A stretch of 64,000 nt of DNA from Fibrobacteria bacterium (GTDB lineage Bacteria; Fibrobacterota; Fibrobacteria; UBA11236; JADFYW01): NCBI GenBank assembly GCA_050294405.1, contig JBNKOC010000025.1, forward strand, positions 96,001 to 160,000, written 5' to 3'. The notes under the pieces are model-generated. The model was not told the origin of the DNA, ran no database searches, and saw only the letters and a program-made list of their open reading frames with translations. Positions 1-8,175 of the stretch are shown piece by piece; position 1 is the first letter of the stretch; each line of letters opens with the position of its first letter. The position numbers and the translations under genes are program-made.

Positions 1-53
1 ATCTGGGCCTAAAAAAAACAAATCCTGGATATGGTGGACAGCAGGAGGTACGG

Positions 54-2912
54 GTGTGGCAGCCTTGGTTACTTTGTTTATTATTTCCGGTTCCAATGGA
101 GATTCGCCCACCCAAACTACTTATGAATTGGATTTGTAATACATTTCGAAATCTGCGTCCTGCAATGGGGGAATTCTCTTCTCTTTGTTTGGGGCCTGGG
201 ATGTTTGTTTTATTTGCTTTGTGCTTTCAAGGTTGTGAAAATGGGGTTTCCACAGACAATATTTCAAAATTAAAAGTGAATTTTCCCGATACTCTCCAGG
301 TTGAACTGGATAGCCTGGTCTTGATTTTAAAAAAAAATCCACAGGATAGTGGCTACATCCAACGAGAATCCAGGGCCGTTGAAAAGAATGAAAATCAAAT
401 TGAAATTATATTAAATGCAGAACTGGGAAATGATTTTTATCTGGAGGTTATGGGTTATTCATCTGGAGAATTGGTTTACCACCAGGCCAGAAATATTGAG
501 TTGGATGGCAAAAAACTTAAAATTGTTGAAGAGTTTCAATTACTGGAACCAGAAAACAAAGTTCCCAGTTTTCAAATTACAGCCCAACCTCAGGACCAAT
601 ACGCCAACAAAAACCAAACTGTATTTTTTAATATAGAAATTGATAGCCTGGAAGGGGCCCAGTTTCAATGGCAAAAAAGCAAGCAAAATATTCAAGGGGC
701 GGATAGCTCATCCTTGGAATATAAAAACTCCGGGAGCGAAGATAATGGGGTAGGATTTCGTGCGATTGTTATTCGCAAGGGGTTTAAAGATACCAGTGTT
801 ACGGCGTACTTATATGTTAATGAAGTGCCAAATTTGTCGGTGCCCCTGGCTGAAGATGACAGCTTGCGAATTTTAGAAGAGGACAGTATTACTTTTGCGG
901 CTTCAGAATTTACCCAAAATGATACGGACGGTGATGAGGATTTGCTGGTGCTCTCTCAACTGTTTTTTACAAATAATTTAAAAGGCCAAATTAGCGGCGG
1001 TAACATCACTCTGGTTTCCGCAGAAGATTTTAATGGTCTGGATACGCTCGTATACATAGTCAGTGACGGCAAGGGAGGTTATGATACTGCCAATGTTTAT
1101 GTTACGGTGGAAGCTGTAAACGACTCTCCTCTATTAGCGCCTTTGGATACCTTGCTGGTAAAAGAAAATGAGGAATTGATTTTTGAAATAAGCGCAACAG
1201 ATAAGGAAGATGATTCTCTTTTTTATACCCTCTTGGAGGGGCCTGGCACCTTAAAATTAGATAGCCTGACTGGTCAAGTAAACTGGTTGCCTGGGTTGGA
1301 TGATGCGGGGCTGCAAAAAATTACAGTTGAAGTAAGAGATAATGGCAACCCGGTTTTAAAAGACAGCGCTGATTTTTGGATTAATGTTGCGAACTACAAC
1401 ATCCCCTCCATAGGATTTTCTGTTTCTTCACTATCGGGAACAGAAAAAGATTCCGCGGGAATCACCCTTTTGTTGTCACAGGCAGCTAGCAGACAAATTT
1501 ATGTTTCTTTAAAAATCTCCGGGTCTGCCACTGTGGGAGAAGATTATAGCCTATCAGATAGCGTGTTTGTATTTGAAGAAGGGGAAACTTCCAAATCTTT
1601 AACCATATACGTGGTGGACGACGATAGAGAAGAAGGGTTGGAATCTATAGTACTTTCTTTCGATTCTCTTTTTAATGTGGAAAAGGGTGCTATAAATCAA
1701 CTGAATTACAGCTTGGAAGACGATGAAAAAATACCTGCTGGAGTAATTGTGGTAGATGGTTCCATTTCCACAGATAGTGGCAATGGTTTGTCCTGGGCCA
1801 GTGCCTTTAAAAGTTTGTCGGCGGCTTTAGAGGCAGGTTGGGGTAATGGGGCTTCCAGCAATAAACCCTCCCAAATATGGATTGCCAAGGGAAGTTATTT
1901 TCCAGGAGAATCCGCAGACGACAGCTATTTTCTTCCCGGGAATGTTGCCATATATGGCGGGTTTTCAGGTGGGGAAAGTGAGCTTTCCCAGAGAAATTTT
2001 AGGGAAAATTTCAGTATTCTGTCTGGCATGCTTCCTGGTGGGGATACGGCTAGACATATTGCACTTATGGGAAGCCCCGGCGAGGTGATTTTAGATGGGC
2101 TTCAATTTAAAAATGCTTGGGCCAGAGGAAGTGGTTCTAGCAGTATTGAAAGTAAAAACTGGCGAAACAATGCGGGTGCAGGTATTTACGTCTCCGGTTC
2201 TACGGCAGTAATTAGAAATTGTCTATTTGCCAATAATACAGCCAACTCGGGTGCGGCTATTTATGTATCCGATGGGGACTCGGTTACAGTGGAGAATAGC
2301 TATTTCATGGAAAATTCCGGAAATAACGTGTTTGAAGGAGTTTCTTTCGCCATTGTAAATAGTGTATTTACCAATAACCTGGCTACTGCCATAACCATTC
2401 AAGAGTCCGATTTGGATTGGGCATACAGCAATATATCGCACTGCGTTTTTTATAAAAATGGGGATACCGATAAAAATGCTCCAGGGGCATTTGATATATA
2501 CGACAATGGGTCTTATAGCAATTACACAACCATTATCAATAGCATAATCTGGGAGAACGGCAATATTTTGATGGAAGCTTCCCAAATGATGTTTCGCAAC
2601 GGAGCCCAACCCAGTATTTCTAATAGCGTTGCCTTTGGCCAATATACCGGGGCGTTTAAGCATATGGACGAGTTTTCCAATGTATCCTGGTCCCAAATTA
2701 TTTCTGACAATCCCAAATTTTTAAATCCGGCAAATCCTCATGGTGAAGATGGCGTTTTATTTACGGCGGATGATGGACTGAATTTAGCTTCGGATAGTCC
2801 CGCTATTGATGCCATTGACGGGGTTTTGGGTGATTTAGAGCCAGAATTTGATATATTGGGTTTACCACGTGTCCAGGGTGAAGGAGCGGATATGGGTGCT
2901 TATGAACAATAA
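54..2912 (+). CDS. Large surface protein, probable lipoprotein (Ig-like, cadherin-like, Calx-beta and right-handed beta-helix domains)
   Basis: Lipobox-like LCFQGC; ITAQPQDQ Ig motif; cadherin-like NDTDGDED/VSDGKGG/VNDSP and ATDKEDD...Y; Calx-beta GSATVGEDY...VVDDDREEGLE; GLSWASAF...IWIAKGSY beta-helix cap; C-terminal DILGLPR...DMGAYE. The true start is probably a downstream ATG (123, 165 or 201). Confidence 0.8.
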   Translation: MWQPWLLCLLFPVPMEIRPPKLLMNWICNTFRNLRPAMGEFSSLCLGPGMFVLFALCFQGCENGVSTDNISKLKVNFPDTLQVELDSLVLILKKNPQDSGYIQRESRAVEKNENQIEIILNAELGNDFYLEVMGYSSGELVYHQARNIELDGKKLKIVEEFQLLEPENKVPSFQITAQPQDQYANKNQTVFFNIEIDSLEGAQFQWQKSKQNIQGADSSSLEYKNSGSEDNGVGFRAIVIRKGFKDTSVTAYLYVNEVPNLSVPLAEDDSLRILEEDSITFAASEFTQNDTDGDEDLLVLSQLFFTNNLKGQISGGNITLVSAEDFNGLDTLVYIVSDGKGGYDTANVYVTVEAVNDSPLLAPLDTLLVKENEELIFEISATDKEDDSLFYTLLEGPGTLKLDSLTGQVNWLPGLDDAGLQKITVEVRDNGNPVLKDSADFWINVANYNIPSIGFSVSSLSGTEKDSAGITLLLSQAASRQIYVSLKISGSATVGEDYSLSDSVFVFEEGETSKSLTIYVVDDDREEGLESIVLSFDSLFNVEKGAINQLNYSLEDDEKIPAGVIVVDGSISTDSGNGLSWASAFKSLSAALEAGWGNGASSNKPSQIWIAKGSYFPGESADDSYFLPGNVAIYGGFSGGESELSQRNFRENFSILSGMLPGGDTARHIALMGSPGEVILDGLQFKNAWARGSGSSSIESKNWRNNAGAGIYVSGSTAVIRNCLFANNTANSGAAIYVSDGDSVTVENSYFMENSGNNVFEGVSFAIVNSVFTNNLATAITIQESDLDWAYSNISHCVFYKNGDTDKNAPGAFDIYDNGSYSNYTTIINSIIWENGNILMEASQMMFRNGAQPSISNSVAFGQYTGAFKHMDEFSNVSWSQIISDNPKFLNPANPHGEDGVLFTADDGLNLASDSPAIDAIDGVLGDLEPEFDILGLPRVQGEGADMGAYEQ

Positions 2913-2924
2913 CGGGTATACATT

Positions 2925-4895
2925 ATGGCAACTGAATTGAATTATAAAGAAGGCGAAGTAATCGCCAACAAATATGTAATTGAATCATTTTTGGAACGCA
3001 GTTCTTCCGGCCAATGTTATTTGTGCAGCGAAAATTACAGCCAGGAAAAAATGTGCGTCAAACTGTATAATGCCACCTTTTCCCAGGAATTGCTTTCCAG
3101 CCCGAATTTTTTTCTAAAAGCGGGGGCCACTACTCAAGTGGAACATCCTAACATGGTAAAAGTGTTTGAGATTAACAGCGAAGTCAACCAGGTTTATGTG
3201 GCCAGGCAATATGTTAAAGGTGCCAATCTAGCTGAATGGAAGTCCCAATTTCCAGATAGTGGTGAAACCCGGAAAAAGGCTGTGGAAATTATTTGGCAGG
3301 CGGCTCAGGGTTTGTCCGCCATTCACGAACAGGGCAAACACTTCCAGCTTCATCCCCACAACATTATTGTGGGGGAATTAGGCGCAATAATTACAGACTG
3401 GGATCCTCGGGGAATGACTGATGTTGACATCAATAAATATATGCCTGTGCTTTCACTTTATGAAGGGTACCGGGCTCCTGAATTTTTGCAATCAAGAACA
3501 GAAGTTTATCCCAATGCTGATTTGTACAGTTTGGGCGCGGCACTTTACTTTTTATTAACTGGGTTTCATCCGGAAGTTGGAAAAGGCCGGGAGAGCTTAA
3601 AGGTTTCCAAAATGCCACAAAAGGCCATAGATTTTTTAATGAGGGCTATGGATCCCAACCCAGGTAAACGCTTTCAGGATGTACTGAGCTTTTCAGATGA
3701 GCTTTGGAATTTAACGGATGTTATGGATTCTGTGTCACCGGAATCTGCGGGTTTACCCACTCCCGAAACAAACCAAAGTTCCTCTGGATTTGACAACTCC
3801 GGTTTGAGCGGGGACGACCCTTTTTCAAGCTTAGAGGCTTCCTTTGCCGATGATGGCCCGGTTGCCAACTCCCCCCCTCCAGTGCCACCTTCAGCTCCAC
3901 CAAAATACCCGCCACGACAAACTCCTATTCCAGAAACCCCAAAAGCCTCTTTTTCTCAAAAGGCGTTTTTTGAAAGCCAAAAAACCATTGTGGATAATTC
4001 CTTTTCCAAATCAAATACATCCCAAAACGATTCGGGTGGATTTTTTTCTTCCTTAGAGGGTGGGTCTGCTAGCCCTCCTGCGCCGAAAAAAAATCCCAAT
4101 AAATTTTCTTTGGAAGAAAAAGAATACGGGGTTTCTCAAAATCAAACTCAAGCCAGCTATACCATGTTCGGATTTAAAGGCATACAGGGCGGACATACAG
4201 TTGTGCAACCATCTGAAAATGGAAAAAAAGCCAGGAACTGGATTTTAGTTGGTTTGGCTGCGGTAGGGGGAACGGCATTTGTTATTATCCTGGCTTTGTT
4301 AATACATCAGGTTTTAAACAAGGATGGGGCAGATGCCTCTCTTAAAGAGGACGAAAGCTCTTTGCAATTAGGTGGGGGATTGTCCGAAACAGAGGATGTT
4401 GCTGATGCTTCTGCCTTTGAAGAGCCATTGGAAGAACCTGAAAACACAATGGATGCTTCAGCTGAAGAAGCCTTGGATGACATGGACAAGGCCACCCAGG
4501 AATTTATATCTTCCTCATCAACCGATAAAAACACCAGTGCGGCTAGCGAACCCACAAGCAAATACAAAGGCAATTACAAAGTAAGCGCAGAACGGGAAAC
4601 CCAGATAATGAAAATGTATGCCACGGGTAAATGGCCATCCAGCGCGGGGGAGTGCTTAGCCATGGCCGATGATTTAAACGATTTGTCCAGAGTGCGGGAA
4701 GCGAACCGTTTTTACAACCAGGCTTTGGAATATGGGGATGTTAGTTTTAAAGAAAAGTTGCACGCCTATGGAGCTCTGGGAATTACCTATAAAAAGTTAG
4801 GTGATGTATCTAAGGCGAAAGAATCTTTTCAAGCCCTTTTAAGCTTGGATGCCAGCAATAGCTTTGCCCAAAAGCAACTTTCATTGTTGCCCTGA
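2925..4895 (+). CDS. Hanks-type Ser/Thr protein kinase-fold protein (likely pseudokinase) with Pro-rich linker, TM helix and C-terminal TPR
   Basis: CVK, HPNMVKVFE, YRAPE and ADLYSLG subdomains; TM WILVGLAAVGGTAFVIILALLI; TPR-like AYGALGITYKKLGDVSKAKESFQALLSLD. Confidence 0.85.
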   Translation: MATELNYKEGEVIANKYVIESFLERSSSGQCYLCSENYSQEKMCVKLYNATFSQELLSSPNFFLKAGATTQVEHPNMVKVFEINSEVNQVYVARQYVKGANLAEWKSQFPDSGETRKKAVEIIWQAAQGLSAIHEQGKHFQLHPHNIIVGELGAIITDWDPRGMTDVDINKYMPVLSLYEGYRAPEFLQSRTEVYPNADLYSLGAALYFLLTGFHPEVGKGRESLKVSKMPQKAIDFLMRAMDPNPGKRFQDVLSFSDELWNLTDVMDSVSPESAGLPTPETNQSSSGFDNSGLSGDDPFSSLEASFADDGPVANSPPPVPPSAPPKYPPRQTPIPETPKASFSQKAFFESQKTIVDNSFSKSNTSQNDSGGFFSSLEGGSASPPAPKKNPNKFSLEEKEYGVSQNQTQASYTMFGFKGIQGGHTVVQPSENGKKARNWILVGLAAVGGTAFVIILALLIHQVLNKDGADASLKEDESSLQLGGGLSETEDVADASAFEEPLEEPENTMDASAEEALDDMDKATQEFISSSSTDKNTSAASEPTSKYKGNYKVSAERETQIMKMYATGKWPSSAGECLAMADDLNDLSRVREANRFYNQALEYGDVSFKEKLHAYGALGITYKKLGDVSKAKESFQALLSLDASNSFAQKQLSLLP

Positions 4896-4902
4896 TTTCG
4901 GC

Positions 4903-5427
4903 TTAGAGATTTAGCTTCAAATGCCCGTTTTCGATTTCAATGCATAGTTTAAGCAAGGCATAACCCGCGGTGCCTCGAACCAGCTCTCCACTTAAGGTTC
5001 GCGTTAAGGCTTCATCAATGGGGATAGCGGCAATTTCCATAATACTTTCCTCGCCGTCGGGGTTTGGCAATTTGGAAGGTTCCAATTGGGTTGCGATGGC
5101 AAAGTACTGGGTAATATTAATGGTTCCAGTTTGCTTGATTTCAAAGTAGGGAGTAATTGTCCGGGCTTTAAAGCCAATTTCTTCTTGCAGCTCCCGGTTA
5201 ACATTGCCCGAATAATCGTATTCGTATTCGTAAAAACCGGTGACGGGTTTCCAACGGATGCTCGGCTTTTCGTGTACCCGGTTTTCTTTGATAATTAGAA
5301 TATTCCCTTTGTTGTCAAAGGGAAATATGGTCATGGCATCCCGAATATAGGCTCGTTCATAAATTTCTCCGTTTATTTCCTCTTCGGATACCTGAAGAAA
5401 ATTTCCCTTATAAACATATTCTTCCAT
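4903..5427 (-). CDS. NUDIX hydrolase (ADP-ribose pyrophosphatase-like)
   Basis: RELQEEIG NUDIX box; N-terminal VYKGNFLQV typical of the ADPRase subfamily. Confidence 0.85.
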   Translation of the reverse strand: MEEYVYKGNFLQVSEEEINGEIYERAYIRDAMTIFPFDNKGNILIIKENRVHEKPSIRWKPVTGFYEYEYDYSGNVNRELQEEIGFKARTITPYFEIKQTGTINITQYFAIATQLEPSKLPNPDGEESIMEIAAIPIDEALTRTLSGELVRGTAGYALLKLCIEIENGHLKLNL

Positions 5428-5568
5428 TTTGCCTGCCCCGCTTTAGCCTTTTTAGCTAATATGGAAAAAACTTCCAGTATATCAAAGACAGAAAGTTTAC
5501 TGGCAGCATGCGGCCTTCGTTATTGTTATATTGGCCAAATAAAAAATTGCCCAAAGAGGGAGGAAAAC

Positions 5569-5883
5569 ATGCATTGGATTTTTTTGTTTACAGCCATTAT
5601 ATTTGAGGTGACTGCCACTTCGTTTTTAAAGTTTTCCCACGGTTGGACAAAACTTATTCCCTCTATAATGGCTATTATTTTTTTCCCTATCAGCACTATG
5701 ATTTACTCACTGGCGCTAAAGCGCATTGATATTTCCATTGCCTATGCCCTCTGGTCGGGAATTGGGACAACTCTGATGGCTGTTGTGGGTTGGTGGGTTT
5801 TTAAAGAAAATCTATCTCTGCAAAAAATGGGGTTTATGAGCCTTATTATCATTGGAATTGTAGGACTTCGGTTTAGCAATTAG
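5569..5883 (+). CDS. SMR (small multidrug resistance/DMT) transporter
   Basis: MHWIFLFTAIIFEV with the conserved TM1 Glu; AYALWSGIG motif; GGAGG SD upstream of ATG 5569. Confidence 0.92.
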   Translation: MHWIFLFTAIIFEVTATSFLKFSHGWTKLIPSIMAIIFFPISTMIYSLALKRIDISIAYALWSGIGTTLMAVVGWWVFKENLSLQKMGFMSLIIIGIVGLRFSN

Positions 5884-6013
5884 AGCCTATATTAAAAAGT
5901 CAGATTCTAAATATTCTAAAATCCTGCTCTTAAAAAATATCAAAAAACTCTATTTTTATTCCAAAAATGGGAATTTTCTTCCATTATTAACCCTTTTGGG
6001 ATAAAATGGAAGT

Positions 6014-6202
6014 ATGGGAATATGGCAAGCAATTGCATGGGCTGTGGCTAGCAGTATTTGCTTATCTGCCGGTAGTTTTTTCTGGGCGGTTCGCACTCAG
6101 GGAAGGCGCTCCGGGCATAATCAATTTATGGTAAAGCTACTTCCTATGCCAAAGCGCTACGCAGCGTTAAGAAAGATAAACCGCAACGCTGAATTGCGTT
6201 AG
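6014..6202 (+). CDS. Possible small membrane protein
   Basis: 62-aa ORF filling an intergenic gap; hydrophobic N-terminal helix followed by a basic tail. Confidence 0.4.
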   Translation: MGIWQAIAWAVASSICLSAGSFFWAVRTQGRRSGHNQFMVKLLPMPKRYAALRKINRNAELR

Positions 6203-6225
6203 CCGGTATAAAACAATTAAAGCCG

Positions 6226-7839
6226 CTATACAGCAGCCTTAATTTGTTCCAGGTATTCTTTTTCTGTTTTTCTATAAGACTCCCGGAATCCTTTAAGAGC
6301 CTTAACATTTTCTTCAATGGGACTAACATATTGAGATTCGTCCGAAGGCACATAATCTTTAACAATGTCCGTCCATTCACATGGAGCCGCTGAAGCTTTG
6401 TTAAAAGCATGATGGGCTCGGAGTGCTGCGCCCAGCCCTGCGGCATTTGTTGTGGTTTGTCTGGCCACCTTAGCGTTAAATACATCGGCCATAACCTGCA
6501 GGATTTCTTTGTTGGAAGAAGCGCCCCCAGTAACATATATGATTTGAGGGGCTTCGCCCATCCATTCAGAGTGCAGGGCCATGCTTGTCATTTGAGCTTC
6601 TACCACAGCGCGGATGTGTTCGGCGGCGCCGGCATTATCAAGGTTGTATTTTTGAACCCCGCTCACAGGGACCCGAGGCACAATTTCCGTATCGAAATAA
6701 GGCAGTATAATACATCCGTTATTTCCCGCGGGCCTTTGGTTTAGGTGTTTGGAAAACTCGTCCCAACTGGCGCCAAATTCATCTTTAATATTTTCCCGGG
6801 CCAGACTGCCGTTTTTATAACAGGCCAAAACCATATAATCTCCCGCTGGGCTGCCGAATACATGGGAGGCTCCCGTGGGGTCTGTATTGGGATTTTTCAT
6901 GGCGGCAAAAAGAGTGTCGCTGGTGCCCAAAGAAATTCCAATTCTGCCGGGAACCACGAGGCCCAATCCAATCAAACTGCTGGGATTATCTCCTGTGCCA
7001 GGTAATATTTCGCAATCTGCAGCTACAGAATATTTTTCCACAAAATAATTTGAAACTTTACCGCAAATGGCATCAGAGGGAGTCACACTAAAAAGTTTTT
7101 GGCCAAGATCCGGTGCGGTGGCTCGTAAGGCATCGGCGCTCCAGGCTTTGGAACGGATGTCCATCAGGTTCATCCCAGCTCCATCTCCAGGGTCTATCCC
7201 CACAATTTTTCCAGCTAAAATGCTGGGTACAAAACTGGAAACCAAACAAATATGTTGTGTTTCCTGGTAGCCTTTTGAGTCTTGTTTGTAAAACTTGCGG
7301 ATTTGCGGTCCGGTGAAACGCTCAAAACATTCGGAACCGGTTATTTCGCAGACTGATTTGGGGCCACCTAAAACTTCTGTGATTTCGGCGCATTCTTCAC
7401 TGGTGCTTGAATCCATCCAGATAGGGGACAATTCTCGGGAATAGGCATTTGCCAATTGCTCGGCGAGGTTTTTTTGCGGGGTTAAATTCGCCAGGATGCT
7501 ATCGGCACTGCTATTTAGATAAACACTTCCGTGTTGTTGGCCCGAGACTCCAATAGCTTTTAGTTTGCTCAGGGAAATGTTGGCATCAAGCATTTTTTGG
7601 AAAATCAAATCCAGAGCTTCTACCCACATTTGAGGAGGGCTAAAAGCTTCACCAATTCCCTTGCTGTCAGGTAGCACACCATTTTTTACGCCGTATTTTC
7701 CAAAATTTTCCTGAAAATTAATGCTGGTTTCGTAGATGATTTTTGACGAAAACCCGGTAGAATTTGCTTCCACTTCAATTATAGTGGCGCTTAAACTTTG
7801 CGTGGAACTGTCCAAACCTAGAAAGTGCTGCACTGCCAT
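6226..7839 (-). CDS. xylB: Xylulokinase (FGGY family, eukaryote XYLB-like subtype)
   Basis: LGLDSSTQS, SGQQHGSVY, PIWMDSST, ERFTGPQIRK, GDNPSSL, ISLGTSDT motifs; AGGAG SD before ATG at 7839. Confidence 0.88.
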   Translation of the reverse strand: MAVQHFLGLDSSTQSLSATIIEVEANSTGFSSKIIYETSINFQENFGKYGVKNGVLPDSKGIGEAFSPPQMWVEALDLIFQKMLDANISLSKLKAIGVSGQQHGSVYLNSSADSILANLTPQKNLAEQLANAYSRELSPIWMDSSTSEECAEITEVLGGPKSVCEITGSECFERFTGPQIRKFYKQDSKGYQETQHICLVSSFVPSILAGKIVGIDPGDGAGMNLMDIRSKAWSADALRATAPDLGQKLFSVTPSDAICGKVSNYFVEKYSVAADCEILPGTGDNPSSLIGLGLVVPGRIGISLGTSDTLFAAMKNPNTDPTGASHVFGSPAGDYMVLACYKNGSLARENIKDEFGASWDEFSKHLNQRPAGNNGCIILPYFDTEIVPRVPVSGVQKYNLDNAGAAEHIRAVVEAQMTSMALHSEWMGEAPQIIYVTGGASSNKEILQVMADVFNAKVARQTTTNAAGLGAALRAHHAFNKASAAPCEWTDIVKDYVPSDESQYVSPIEENVKALKGFRESYRKTEKEYLEQIKAAV

Positions 7840-7981
7840 TTTTTTAGTTCTCCTATTGTGAATACTTAAAGGTTCACGACCCCACTCCAAAGGTAAATAT
7901 TTTTTTAAAACTGGCCATAAAATGCCTCAAAGCCCATGAAATTTTGCAATATTCTGTACAGGGCTTGATGCAAATTCTTTG

Positions 7982-7987
7982 TATAAT
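7982..7987 (+). promoter_or_regulatory. Putative -10 box for tRNA-His
   Basis: Perfect TATAAT 17 nt upstream of the tRNA, followed by GC-rich GCCCGGCG; no -35 at canonical spacing. Confidence 0.45.
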
Positions 7988-8004
7988 TACTATTTGCCCG
8001 GCGT

Positions 8005-8081
8005 GGTGATTGTAGCTCAGTTGGCAGAGCAATGGATTGTGGTTCCATGGGTCGTGGGTTCAAATCCCACCATTCACCCCA
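8005..8081 (+). tRNA. tRNA-His (GTG)
   Basis: Cloverleaf: G-1, GTGATTG/CATTCAC acceptor stem, GCTC/GAGC D-arm, ATGGA-TTGTGGT-TCCAT anticodon arm, GTGGG-TTCAAAT-CCCAC T-arm, C73 discriminator and encoded CCA. Confidence 0.97.
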
Positions 8082-8175
8082 ATTTTTGATCAAGAGCTGC
8101 TTTTTTCTACATTCTCCCCGGATTTGAAAAAAGTAGTCAATTTGATTTTTCCTTTAGTTTAAACAGGAACCCTTC

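Noticed and set aside
5428..5568. Guanidine riboswitch upstream of the SMR gene
   Set aside because: No twin ACGR hairpins or ykkC-type consensus is visible
6023..6037. Sigma-54-like TGGCAAGCAATTGCA
   Set aside because: The GG-to-GC spacing is 9 nt rather than the required 10
7905..8093. 62-aa minus-strand ORF
   Set aside because: It is the antisense reading of tRNA-His
8005..8175. tRNA as an integration site for a genomic island
   Set aside because: No integrase and no duplicated tRNA 3' end were seen in the window; secDF follows directly
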